This document shows, one piece after another, positions 37,065-50,080 of a stretch of 64,000 nucleotides of DNA. The stretch is taken from assembly GCF_964355755.1 (NCBI RefSeq), contig NC_092670.1, positions 36,010,388 through 36,074,387 of the forward strand. The letters are read 5' to 3'. The position numbers and the translations under genes are program-made. The notes beneath the pieces are model-generated. The model ran no database searches and was not told where the DNA came from. It worked only from the letters and a program-made list of their open reading frames with translations. This DNA comes from Antedon mediterranea (Eukaryota; Animalia; Echinodermata). Each line of letters opens with the position of its first letter. Position 1 is the first letter of the stretch.

Positions 37065-38601
37065 TGTATCCAACTGATGGTGTTAGAGGATGATAAGTAA
37101 ATTCTCCAAATAGTATGTATGCAATTATCTGTTATATTTTAATGTACACTGTGTTAAAGAGAGCGATACAATTTCAATTTTAAATGTGGAATAAAATGCT
37201 TTAATAAATGGATGGTAACCACTGCCACTTGCCATACTGCTGTTTGATTGTAATGGTTTTGATCAAAACATCATCATGTGATGGTAAATTATCATTTCAA
37301 AAGCAGTTACTATTATAGTAAGTCATTACAATCTTATATAGTTAAATACTATCGTTAAACATTATTTATAGTATTTTATTCATTATTTGTATTTTCCTTA
37401 GTTACGGTTGCTAGGGTAATGCCATATTTATAAAATATTATCATCAATATGATTGCACATGAACAAACAATGCACATGCACATTTTGAATAAGATTGATA
37501 GACCTGAAAACATTAAATTTTATTTTATTAATTATTTAATTTTATTTATTTATTTGTTATTGTTACCATGGCAACCACATTCCTATTCCAGTGGCAATAT
37601 GTTGTGTTGATATAAGGGGATCTCTCAGTACATAATTCATCAGTTTTAACATTTCAAACACAATATAACTATTTTTTATTAATTATTTTAATTTTCCTTA
37701 GTTACGCATAGCAACGGTTGCTATGGTAACATGATTATTGATAAATAAGATGATCAATGGAATTCACTTTAGTCATATGATAAATACACAAAGTTTGCCT
37801 AAGATTGATTGATATTAAGATATTTTAATTAATTTATGTTAATTTCCACTTAATTTGACCTCAAATGACCCCTTCGGAGGGTCCGATTTCTCGGGACTTT
37901 TTTTCTGTGACTAATGACATAGAGTAGAATCCAAAAACGTTGAAAAACCTTTGTACGCAATTATTTCTAGGTTAAACCTTATTTTCCATCCACTATTAAA
38001 GATATTATGTTTGTTGTGCAATTTAGTTTACCGACGGCGGAGTAGACATTTATGATAAAATCATTTTCTTTTTTATTGTCTATTATTTGTGTGATACAAA
38101 AATCATATTTTCACTTCTTTTTTCTTCTTTTTTTTTTGGCAAAATGTTTGTTGGTGCTGTAGTGCCTTCCAATCAATTCTCCTGGGTTCGATATTCTTGA
38201 CAGACGAGACCATCCTTCCATTTTACTTTTATTTATCAATTTTATGTATCATTTATAATAGAGTTCGTTGTTGGTTAAATGGGTTAATTATTTGCTTTCC
38301 AATTCAATTGTTTTGGTTCCATTTTTGTCTTAATAGTGTAAAATAATATAGGCCTACCCTCTATATTAGTCACTCTATTATTGTCGTGTCGTCAGACTAT
38401 TGTATGATGTGTCATGACCGTCCCGTCACCCATAAACACTCCGCCTTCAAAACACAATCACGTGTTGCATAATAGGCTTGAGCGGATCAATAGCACTGTC
38501 TCTATTAAGTATAATTATCTCAACGCATCGTATTAGATCTCCTGTATTTCCATTTTTTGTTTACTGTATTCAGATTTATGCTGCAATAGACAACATACGT
38601 T

Positions 38602-41600
38602 ATGGCTACTTTGGGGACTCCAGACGCGGAGTCATTGGGCACAGAATATAAAAGGTAAGCCGGCGTTAATAACTATGTTCTGAGAAAAGTTTTTTTTCCA
38701 TGGTTTAGCCTAAATGTTTGTAGTTTCTACTTAATGTATGTTATACCCAAAATTTACCCAAACGAATAAACGAAGAAATTATGCCACCTAATAAATAACT
38801 ATACTTTTTACTAGGCCTACCATAAAATCTTTCAGAAATTATGTGTATTGTAATCAACATTATTGGTGGTACCAAGGCTATCAAACAACGTTCTTTGTTC
38901 TCGATATTGAAGACCTTCACCTGCTATGACCTGACAGTGTCTACCCTCATATTATTTCTGTAGCCTACCATAGTTTTATGAAATATGTTATATTTTAGTA
39001 TAAAAACAAATGATAATCTCAGATCTTTACATGGCTGTTCAGTCGTGTTACCCATAGAGACATAATATCTCTATGTTTACCCGTACATCATCTAAATGCC
39101 ATATAAAAATATGATCAACGGAAGAGGTTATAAAATATGGAGCTATCATTTATAGCTCCATGATTATGATTACTCCTTCGTACCGTAGACCTACCATAAT
39201 ATGCGATTCTTATTTTTCTTTTATAGTGTAAAACCAAGGCATAGGAATCTTTACTTGGTGGCCTTCATTGCTTTGAATGGCCCAACTATGATCGGTTTCA
39301 CTTTGGCATTTACGTCTCCGGCCGTCCCTGATATGGAGAACAGAAATGTACTTACAACGGACACTCAAATTTCCTGGTTTAGTGTAAGCGTACTACCCTA
39401 CCCGTAGATATCAAGGCTATCCCACAACCTTGCGTAGATATCGACTATTCATTTGTCGCTGAATACTACTAACGGGTATTTCGATAACGACACATTTAAC
39501 AAAATGTCTATTGTCATTTTTTTTAATGATGTATTGTCCCCCAGGGACATGAAAAATGAAGATTAATTTAATCAGACTTTAAATAGGCTATTTTGAAGTT
39601 TTAATAAAGTTTTTTTCACTTCTGTTAAAAAAATGTTAAACTTATAAAAAGACAAAAGAAACGTTTAAGTTTAACCAAATCCATTGTCTGACAGACAATT
39701 TATGTATTTTTTGCTCTGAATTAATAAAATATTTTCAGGTAAATAACTTTTTTTCGATCCAGGTTTTGGTCAAACTGAATAACTATTATGTGACATTAAA
39801 ATGGCATATTAACAAAAAAAAATTTAGGGGGACATTCTTTAACGAAATTTATCATAATATAGACCTATATCAACATTTAGACTCACGCTCTTAAAAGGTA
39901 AAACTTTGTCTGTTTTTTGAACTCACACTTTCTTTGATTTTAGTCACTGATGGCCATAGGGGCAATCATTGGTGGTCCTGTTGCTGGCTATTGCCTCAGT
40001 CATTATGGTCGCAAGTTCACGATGATGCTCTGTAATTTACCACTTACGTTCGGCTATGGACTTATAGCATCTCTTGATAATGTAGCATCATTGTATGTTG
40101 GACGTATACTGACTGGCATCGGAACCGGGATGTTTTCTCTCTCGACCCCGGTACGTGTACACAGCCAATACTACTTGATAACATACTTCATGCATTTTTC
40201 ATAGTTTTATTCAATGTTTCTATATTTTGCGGCGAATGGAGAAATAATAATTTCCATGTTAACAAACGCCTAAGTCAAAAAGATAGGCGCAGTATTGGTC
40301 TATCACACCAAAAAGCATAATAAGCACACTTCTATATCTTTAGCTAATTTTGCACATTTAAGTGTATAATTACATCTTATTGTATAGCTTATGTTTTGCT
40401 TAAGCTTTAACGCAGCTATTATGTGCTTTTTTTAGCACTACTTAAGCTGTTTTATTCACTGCTAAGCTATGTTTTGCTTTGCTATTGCTGATTTTGCTGG
40501 TACTCACATCCAGGAAAATCTCATGACTTTGATATCTTACAAAATGAATGAATACATTTTTTTTTGTCGTTTCCTCCATTATCCTTCAATATTTACCTTG
40601 CTGTATTTATGTATTATGTAATTCTTTTTTTTATTTAACATCATAGGTGTATATATCAGAATTGTCAAGTCCTAACCTTCGAGGGTTTTTAGTAGGTGGT
40701 GTTCAGATGTTTCTAGGATTTGGCTTGGTTATTGTAAATGCATTAGGTACGATGTTCTTGTATTGTTTTACAGTCGGAAACTATATATGCCTACATAATA
40801 AAATAAACGACTCGTGATAACGATTGATTTGTTTGACCTGTCACTGTTCTTTTGATAATTTCCATGCTGGGATAAATCCCGTGCAACAAAGCTGTTAAAA
40901 ATTAACTTGAGTCCCTGCGTAGCCTGATTCTCTTAAGCATGGTTCCCACTACCTCACGACGCAAGGACGTAACGCAACGAAAGTGAATTGACCAATCACA
41001 AGCGATGGCTTATTCGCTTGTGATTGCTAACTGTCTATAACTTCGCTTGTCATTGGTTAAAACGCTTGTGTTGCGTTTACGTCCTTGCGTTACGTTCTAG
41101 TGGGAACCAAGCTTTACCAGGGTTACGGTAGCTTGAACTTTAGGCCTAAGCTTACCTTGGTGGGCCTACTACAAATCATGCTGGGGTATCGTGTTTATAA
41201 GTTCACTTGAGTCCCTTGCTGAATATGCGTAGCCTAATTCTCTTACCAGGATTGCTTGCGCTTTAAGCTTAGTGCAGCGCAAGTACTGTCGTCTTATCCT
41301 AAAGCTTGGTTCCCACTAGAACGTAACGCAAGGACGTAAACGCAACGCAAGCGTTTTAACCAATGACAAGCAAAGTTATAGACAGTTAAGCGTGGTTCCC
41401 ACTAGCGACGCAACGCAAGGACGTAACGCAACGCAAGTGAATTGACCAATCACAAGCGATGGCTTATTCGCTTGTGATTGCTAACTGTCTTTAACTTCGC
41501 TTGTCATTGGTTAAAACGCTTGCGTTGCGTTTACGTCCTTGCGTTACGTTCTAGTGGGAACCAAGCTTTAGCAATCACAAGCGAATAAGCCATCGCTTGT

Positions 41601-44600
41601 GATTGGTCAATTCACTTGCGTTGCGTTACGTCCTTGTGTTGCGTCGCTAGTGGGAACCACGCTTTAAAGCTTGGTTCCGACTTGGACGCAACACGGTGCA
41701 TGCGCTAACGTACTTTGCGTTGCGTCTGAGTGGGAACCAAGCTATACATAACTGAAACAGTATATTTTTCATTATATAAGCGTACTTTTGCGTACGGTTT
41801 TTTGCATGTATACATCCGGGAACAATACATTACGTATTAACATTGTACATTTTTTCGTAGGTATTACACTGTCTTATGTTTGGCTAGCAGTTGTTGGCAG
41901 TGCGTTATCAACTGTTATTTTGATGTTGTTATTGTTTATGCCAGAAACGCCCCATTACTGCATTGGTAAAAACGACCGTTCACGGGCTTTGTCCACATTA
42001 AAGTGGTTACGAGGTGATGCATATGACGTCGAAAGAGAATACAAAGAAATTGCTGAGGCTACAAAGTCGAACTCGGTAAGTTATAGGTATTTTTTTATGT
42101 AGAATTGTGAATTCGAAGTGAACTGTAACTTCCAGTGTGCAGAATGCGGCTATGAAATATTTACCAGAACCGAATCAGAGCGTAACAAATCCCTGTATTT
42201 AAGAATCGGTATTGTGATTACTTTCCCAACTACTAAGATTTTCTTACATAAGCCGCCAAACCATAGCGGAAAATAATCTCCTCCATGGCTAAACAATTCC
42301 AGTTTGTATTTTTTTTGTTTTGCGTATATGAAGCAGCACTGTCAGTGGAATCAATAAATGTCTGTCAAAAAGAGCTCTGTTTGTGGCAGCAAATTGAATG
42401 GCAGGCAAAACTACTCATAAAATTATATTTTCTATTTTATTTTCAATACTGGATTTTTTTCTATCTTTTCTGTAATCAAATACTATATTGTTAACGAAAA
42501 CGGGTTATCCCAGTGATAGTGAATTTAAGCTTAGTCTACACAAAGCAATAACAATAACAGAATGCTGAGTTAAGTTCCGGAGATCTAAGGGTATCTATGG
42601 CTGCAACACGATGAGTTCCATGCCCCTTAACAGACATCCCGCAACAGTACTGTTGGTATTTGTCACAGCCAGACATAAGATCAAAGTTACAAGTTCTTAT
42701 CTTGGCAAGACGAGCTCAGTTTCATGTTGTTAGATTGCCTCGGTCTACACTATCAAACTTTTTACAAATTCCGATTTCTCCACTGTTTGGAAAAAGTGTG
42801 GTGATTATGGTGGCGGAGCTCTGTAGGACCTATTCCAGCATCTTGGCAGGAGCGCAAGCGGGTATTATGATAAAGCGGGTATTATGATAAAGCGGGTATT
42901 ATGATGAAGCGGGTATTATGATGAAGCGGGTATTATGATAGTGACTAGCCTAGTCTATACCTGCTACTGTTTACAGAAATTAAAGGCTGTCCTGGAGTGT
43001 TAATTGATTGTGTACAGTAGGTCAGCCGCCTTAACGCATCCAGTAAGCGTAACATGTAAAAAGGTGAAAAATACAACATTGATGAAAAGAAAGTTGAATT
43101 CGTATTATAAAAAGTGTTTATTATTACACGTTGACATTCGATTACATTTAAGTTATCAATAATATGTATTTATTATTGTACCAATTTAAACGGCGATTGT
43201 AAATAAATGTAAAAGCAAAACAATCCAATATTTAAACAGCTTTTAAAAACTCACCCTTTTAACAAATATGTTCACCCTCGATAAACCCTATTCAATTCAG
43301 TTGAGATCCATATATTTTATGGCCTGTCACTCTCACCTTTAATTGCTCTTTTTTATTTTATTTATTTCATGGATTACTTGTATTTTTATGTGAAGCCCTT
43401 AAAGGTTCAAATTGATTTATTATTATATAAAATAAGAACAATTATTATTATTACGATTCTTTTTTCAATTGATTTTAACATTTTTCGTTAAGTTTTAATT
43501 GATGAGGATGAGTAAAATATAAGAATAAAATATGGATGGAAAAGAGTTGCCAATAAGCCTAGGATGTTAAGCCTTTTGGTTGATTGATATGTACTTGATG
43601 CCGTCATCTTCATTATGGCACAGCAAGTCATCCCCACCATCTCCATTCACATCCGAAACTAACACATTATTGCCGGAAGTACACCAGTTTTGTTTACGGG
43701 TCCAACCTTTTGACGAGAACGAACCGTTGTACAGAGAGAATGCTATCCAGTATGGACCATTGGTATCACTGCACATGATGTCGTCGCGGTTATCTTTATT
43801 GAAATCTCCGACGCTGAGCTCAGAGTTCGAATGCTTGCACCAACCAAGACTTCTACTCCACGTGATAGAGGTAAATCCGCCAGTTGCTGTTGCTGCTGCT
43901 ACATATATGTAACCATTTGAGTAGTCGTGGCAGAGCATATCAGCCCTTCGATCTCCGTTGAAATCGCCAGTAAAAAGTCTCTGATTTGTACCCTTGCACC
44001 AGCTCATGCTTCGTGTATAACACGCTGAGGTAGAAAATGTACCATCATATCTGGCGTACGATATTTTTATGTAACCCGTACTGGCTGTATGACACAGTAT
44101 ATCATCTCGGCCGTCCGCGTTGAAGTCGGCAACATAGAGTGTTTCAGTAGACCCCTTACACCAGTTCATACTATAATACCAAGGGGTAACAGTGAATACA
44201 CCCCCAGGTTGTGCCTTAGCTACCCACTTCTGGCCAGTTTGAGGAACATGGCACAGCATATCGGATCGACCATCGCCGTTGAAGTCGCCTATGAACAGTT
44301 CATATCCGTTTTGGTGGCAAAATGCCATTTCCCTTCGCCATGACCGGTCACCATTAAATGTGCCGTCGCAACTTTAAAAAAAAAAAAGAAGAATGTAACA
44401 TCAACTAAAACATAATATCAGATTATCATCAAACACTGCTATTATTGTAATTAGTCAATACAAATTATTTTTGTTAATTACGTTTTTTTTTTACAAAGAC
44501 CAACAGGGATTCCGAAAAAAGGTTAAATGTTTAGGCCCTATATTTCATATTCATGGTCTCGCAAGTAGACGGCTTCTTCTTATTCAGGATTTACACCATT

Positions 44601-47600
44601 TACCGTTAGTGCTACACACAAAAGGTCATGGTTTTATGGCTTTGATCTTGGTTTTCTGTAAAGGTATAGTCTGGGTTCCAGACGTACGGAGTTTGACTTA
44701 ATCTTAGTTAAAAGATAAATATGTTGGCACATACGGCGTTTCATACATATTATACTAGTTGAGCTTGTAGACAAACATCGAAAATTAAAAGCATCGAAAT
44801 AAAATAACTACAGACTTGGGGCAAGTCTAGTAAAAAGGTACTGTGCCAAGACCTGCTTGAACTGGGGCTTAGTATCAACGGCACTCAAATACAGTAAATT
44901 GAGGTTCCTAAGTGCGGCGATTGTTTAGTACTCTGTCGCTAGTCTGCGGCTAGGATTTATTTGAATGGTCCCTTAATACCTTCTAATTAGAATAAAACCC
45001 TTAGAAAATCTCATGATACACTCGATTGAAATACTACTTTCGATTTCTATGAAAGATTACGGGAGTGTTTTATATTATTACCTTGCATAGTAAATCCGCT
45101 TTGAGCCAGTCTTGGAGTCGTGAAACAACAGATCCTCATTACCGTCACCATCGAAGTCTCCCGTATACGGGATGTTTTCGGTTCCTACGCAGAATCCCAT
45201 CTCAAGTGTGAAGGTTGTACCCAGGAATACATCATTCGTAGAAACTAAATAGATATAATGTAAATAGTTATTGTGGAATAATAATATCAACCATGTTGGT
45301 GATTGGATTGTTGATTGGAAGACTTAACAGGCACCGGCAATCTGCCTCACGCTGAAATTGCTGTTTTTTTTCCTTTTGTTTATTTCATATTCATCTTAAT
45401 AACAACACAAATTTAAAAGAAACGAGAAAATCTTTTAAAATAACCAAAAAATGGAGCTTAACTAAAATATTCATCACTGAACACTTTTACAATGTTACAT
45501 TTTTTTATATACAAATCATGAGAAACAAAACTGTTAAGATTAATAGACCTACAATTTATGTCCACAGACCCGTTTTACGTTTACCTGAAACGGAAAAGTA
45601 TTTAGCAAAAATCGAAAGCAATTGTACAAAACAGAGCTATACCGTTAAACAAAATATCTGATTACCTGCTTTGGTGGAAACGCTTTTTTCATCCGGTTCT
45701 GGCACACTATCTAAATAATTAATAAATAATGCTTTTATACTAACAATGATTTATCCAGAATAACCATAAACGTAACCGTAACGTAACAATAGTTACATTC
45801 GTAATATCACCGTAAGGGCTTTAAAATGAGCAATACAAGTTACTTTGTTTTCTAGGTACAGTAAGGTACAAAAATTATTCGGACAAACCATAGGGTACTA
45901 ATTTTTTTGGCGTCAGAGACAAGATGTCAGGTACAGAACAAAGACAAATTACGTTAAGAAGAAATTAGACTGACGTTAAAGTAACGCAAGGACGTAAACG
46001 CATCGCAAGCGATAACAAGCGACAGTTCGAATATTCCATCGCTTGTGATTGGTCAACCCGGGTGGTCAACTCACTTGTGTTACGTCTTTGTGTTGCGTCT
46101 CTAGTGGGAACCAACCATTGGTAAAAATGTACAGAAAAAGCTACTCTTTAAATACGTATAGTTGTATAATAATCAAATACGATTTGTTATGAGAAAAAAT
46201 GTTCCCTTCTGCTAATTTTTCAATTGGAAAGCAGCAAGTAGACCTAAATATTTTTTGGATACAAAATAACTCTATAAGATCGTATGTGTTTACCTTACCT
46301 TTTTTGGTGGAAATGTCTTTTTCGGCCGGGTTCTTTGCCACGCTCGCTGAAATAAGATATTATAAGTAACCGTAAATAACAACATTTTACATTATACCAG
46401 CGAAGAGTGAAACATTCACTCTTCCCTGATTTTACTGTTCTGTACGACACGACAAATCATGTGTCGGAAACATTCGGAAAGAAGAACATTTGCTATTATG
46501 ATTGTAGTTCACAATATCAAATCACTATTCCCAATTGAATCACCAATGTTCTTAATATGAGAGCACAGTACAGCGATCAAGTGTGTATTAATCGGCGAAA
46601 AATCTGAGCTAGGCCTAATTAGAGAGATGTTGGATATCTCACAAAGTTTGCGTTAAAACCTGACCAGAACAGACCAGTCGAATGTGATGATCTTAGGCCC
46701 TACATGGCTACTTGTTTTGACAATTCGGTTAAAAGCTTACCTGCTCCAGATGTATGCAGAGTGTATGTCAGACAGAGAAGCAACACTAACGTCATTGAGC
46801 GAGTCATCTTGTATAGTTATGCTGCAGCTTCAGAAGAAGAAATGATATTAAGTTGTTTGGTACCGCTTATATACGTATGGTCTCGGGAAAATATAAAGGC
46901 CATAAATAATCATTATTCAACAAGATTTGAACATTGATACCAGATTACAGTCGCACATCCGGAGGGCACAAACATTTTAAAGACAAATAAACAGATAAGA
47001 AACAAACACTTATAAAGTAGAAAGCGTCATAAAAAAATCCCCAACTTATAAATATCCTTAAAGTTGGGTAATGCTATTAGGTAGGTGAGGTGAGGGAATG
47101 GGTTTGTATCCAATGCTATTATTTGCGTCGTCCATGAAGCGCCCTGTCGATAGGCCTCTAGATGGTAATACTTTATTGTTTTCAGTGGAGTAGGCCTAAT
47201 GATTAATTTAAAAAAAACCGTTTCTTTTACATATTTGAAAAATTAAAACATTAAACTTTAAAAATCTGTCAATATAACTGTTGGTGTTGAAAACCAAACA
47301 GTCAATGAAGATGTCTAATTGATTGTTTTACAATATACAAATCCTCATGGACATGGACAAGAAAAATTGTTATTATAATTTTACATGTACCGTATGATAT
47401 TGAAATGAAATAAAAGTTGAATGACCCAAAGAAGAGAAAACAAATGAAGATGGATTGTAAAATATGTTAAACTCTTTTTATATAGTATTTGTTCATGATA
47501 GCCAGGTGATCGGGCCCAGTGTTATCTTGTGTTTGTGTTGTGATTCGGTTTTTCAGTAAGACCAATAGTCATATTTGTGAATACACTTATTGTTACGGAT

Positions 47601-50080
47601 ACAAAGGGGAAACACAGATATTTTTCATAAAATGAATGAGGTCATACAGCATATTGTATTTGATGACCTCGTTCGTAAATATGCATTTTTGGAGATATGG
47701 GTACCGGGTATAACTCTTGGTGTATTACGTATATGACGTATATCACATGTTGATAGTCATCCAGTATATTGTATTTGATAACCTCATTGGTGGTAGATAC
47801 GAGTTTTCAGAGATATGAGTATAACTCTTAGTTCAACATGGCTAGAACTCTATAGTGAAGAGTTTTTCACCTACATTTGAACTGTCCGGGAAAAGAGAAA
47901 TAGTGTGTAAATTATACTGAGAGGGGTTTGTGGTTGAGCGTAACGGGATCAGTTACGTACATTACGCTTTGGAGGGGGTGGGTGCAATGCAGGTTAATTA
48001 GCAATTGAAATGACGGGTAGGCCCTATCTATCTCTTGTATGTTAACAACAGGGAAAACTCATGAAGTAGATTTCGCTAAACACATTTGACGTCACAGCGA
48101 TTTACGGCGACGGCGAGCGCGTGCGGCCGATATCATAAATCTTGCAATTGCATGTACATCCCTAATACGTTGTCAAATATTATTATTATGTATATTCATA
48201 GGAGGAGTTTCAGTACATAGAGTTCCTGCAACCAAACATCTACATACCACTGGGAATCAGTATCATGTTGATGGTATTCCAGCAGTTCAGTGGAATCGGC
48301 CCGGTGACGTTCTACTCTGTCACTATCTTCCAATCGGCATCACCGTCCTTAGACGACAACGTCGCGGCGATAATCATAGCCGCCGTGCAAGTCGTGGCAA
48401 CATTTATTTCTATGTTGCTCATTGAAAGGACGGGTCGGAAAATACTTCTTATTGTTGCAGGTAATTGTATTATGTATGTATTATTAGGCCTACTAAAGCT
48501 CTGTCTACACTATCAAACTAGTTTGACAAAAAACAATTGTGATGTGTTCAAATATTGATGTGATACCCAAATATGGCAGGTAGTGATATGACATATCATA
48601 ATGTTCATTAAGGTCACATAACATTTTTTTTCACATAAATTGACAGAGAGAGAGAGAGAGAGCTTTAGACTCCTCACCTTTAACAATTTAGGCTGAGATC
48701 AATATTATATAAACTTTACGGAAAAACATTATGGGATACAAATACATATTGGTAAGCTCTGTCTACACTATCAAACTTTATGTGACAAAATAATGTGATG
48801 TGCCAATATATGGACCCGATGACGTAAGATAACTACCGCTTCACCACAAATGACACTTTTTTTTGTCAAACTAGTTTGATATAGCGTAGACAAAGCTTTT
48901 GATAGCATTATGTTTGAAACGTTTTCTAAAAACTATAACTAACTACTATAGAGTACGAATGGGCAAAACGTTACAATTAAATAAGGGACGGACGAACATT
49001 ACGCATAATTTTTTTCGTAAAGATGTTGAAGTTCCTATGGTCGTCGCAATGGTTGCCGCATTAAGATCGTCTGATCAGAGAAGGCGACCTTCCGTAATAT
49101 ATAGTGTTGGTTTTATAATAGTTTTTTTTTTAAATAACCAAATAATGTGTATATTCTCCATACAGCGATTGGAATGTGTATAAGTACGACAACGTTTGGT
49201 TTGTACTACAAATTGACAGAAGTCACCACAAACAGTGGCACGTTAAATAACCTAGAGATGACAGCTCCGCCGTCTGTCGACGGCAACGTCAACATGTCCA
49301 CAGTATCATACGAACTTTTATATTCAACGACGGCAACCACGTCATCACCATCAACGTTAGATTTGACGTGGTTGTCGTTGAGCAGCCTGGTTGTGTTTAC
49401 GTCATCGTTTGCGTTGGCATGGGGTTCTATACCGTGGCTGATTATGTCTGAAATCTTACCAACACGAGCAAGAGCTTCCGCTAGTGCTGTCGCGACGATG
49501 TTTAATTGGCTGTCGGCCTTTACAGTAACAAAGGAGTTTTTTGACATGTCGGTAAGTTAACTACAAAAAAGTGGCTATAACGATATAATATAAACGATTT
49601 TTTACGTCGTGTCGTCACGTTTCATGTGACAAGAATCGTATCGTTATCGTCCTAGTAGGAACCACCATTATATGCACGGTTTTAAACTGAAACGCTATCG
49701 TCACATCGTCGTATGTATAAACAAATATCTTAACATTGTCATGATCATAATATATTTTATCATAATTTAATCTATCATAATCGATATTAGGTCGTTATCA
49801 TTATCATACCTCCAGCATGCCAATTATTATCAGAGGCAGTCATTATCACGTCACACAAATTTAAATATTGTTTTGTTTTTGTCTTCCCTTTTATAAAAAC
49901 CGCTTTTAGGCTGCTATGACGGATGCTGGAGTCTTCTGGTTTTATGGAGGCATGTGTTTTCTAAGCGTCATATTTGTGACGTTTTGTGTGCCGGAAACCA
50001 AAGGAAAGTCGTTAGAAGAAATATCAACTACGTTTGACCGTGGCAGCAAATATAAAGTTTGCTATGATTGTACTACATAA
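38602..50080 (+). CDS. Class III sugar porter (SLC2A8/GLUT8/Tret1-like), paralog A, 8 exons
   Basis: Exons 38602-38654, 39227-39383, 39944-40150, 40647-40746, 41861-42075, 48202-48460, 49166-49551, 49910-50080. Motifs GRK, GRILTG, YISE..RG, PETP, QQFSG, WG.IPW..MSE, PETKG.SLEEI. Confidence 0.93.
39522..39843. mobile_element. Decayed TTAA-target MITE relative
   Basis: TTAATGATGTATTGTCCCCC...GGGGGACATTCTTTAA. Confidence 0.6.
40936..41113. mobile_element. MITE family B with TTA TSD
   Basis: CTC-TTA-[AGCATGGTTCCC...GGGAACCAAGCT]-TTA-CCAGG; empty paralogous site CTCTTACCAGG at 41240-41250. Confidence 0.88.
41303..41663. mobile_element. MITE family B copy split by a second copy (41389-41567) in the opposite orientation
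   Basis: The inner 179-bp copy is flanked by TTA (41386-41388, 41568-41570). The outer halves rejoin to 179 bp. A short third relative follows at 41668-41743. Confidence 0.9.
42859..42940. repeat. 17-bp tandem repeat x5
   Basis: AAGCGGGTATTATGAT(A/G) repeated. Confidence 0.9.
43567..46807 (-). CDS. Secreted FG-GAP/integrin-like beta-propeller protein (putative lectin), 375 aa, nested in transporter A intron 5
   Basis: Exons 46807-46741 (signal peptide MTRSMTLVLLLCLTYTLHTSGA), 46346-46299, 45710-45666, 45244-45082, 44371-43567; GT-AG, 1128 nt in frame. Six (G/A/S)D(F/V)(N/D)xDxxxD repeats. Confidence 0.88.
45978..46115. mobile_element. Decayed MITE family B
   Basis: GTAACGCAAGGACGTAAACGCA...CTAGTGGGAACCAA. 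Confidence 0.65.
46866..46873 (-). promoter_or_regulatory. Candidate TATA box of the nested propeller gene
   Basis: TATATAAG on the minus strand ~60 bp upstream of the ATG at 46807. Confidence 0.4.
48497..48896. mobile_element. Two adjacent MITE family A copies (48497-48664, 48755-48896) in opposite orientations
   Basis: AGCTCTGTCTACACTATCAAACT starts; the first ends in an (AG)n expansion of its TIR, the second ends GTAGACAAAGCT. Confidence 0.78.

Larger units (their letters stand above)
32455..37995 (+). mobile_element. AcademX-type DNA transposon, internally deleted (5.5 kb)
   Basis: TAG...CTA termini, TIR TAGTGGATGGAA..TAACCTAGAAATAATTGCGTACAAAGGTTTT (imperfect to ~170 bp), TTA on both flanks; encodes an XPG/FEN1-like nuclease and a Cys-rich tail. 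Confidence 0.85.

Noticed and set aside
43580-44343. Plus-strand ORFs opposite the propeller exon, and similar antisense ORFs over the LINEs, Academ and tubulin
   Set aside because: Shadow ORFs of real coding sequence with no motifs or splice support.
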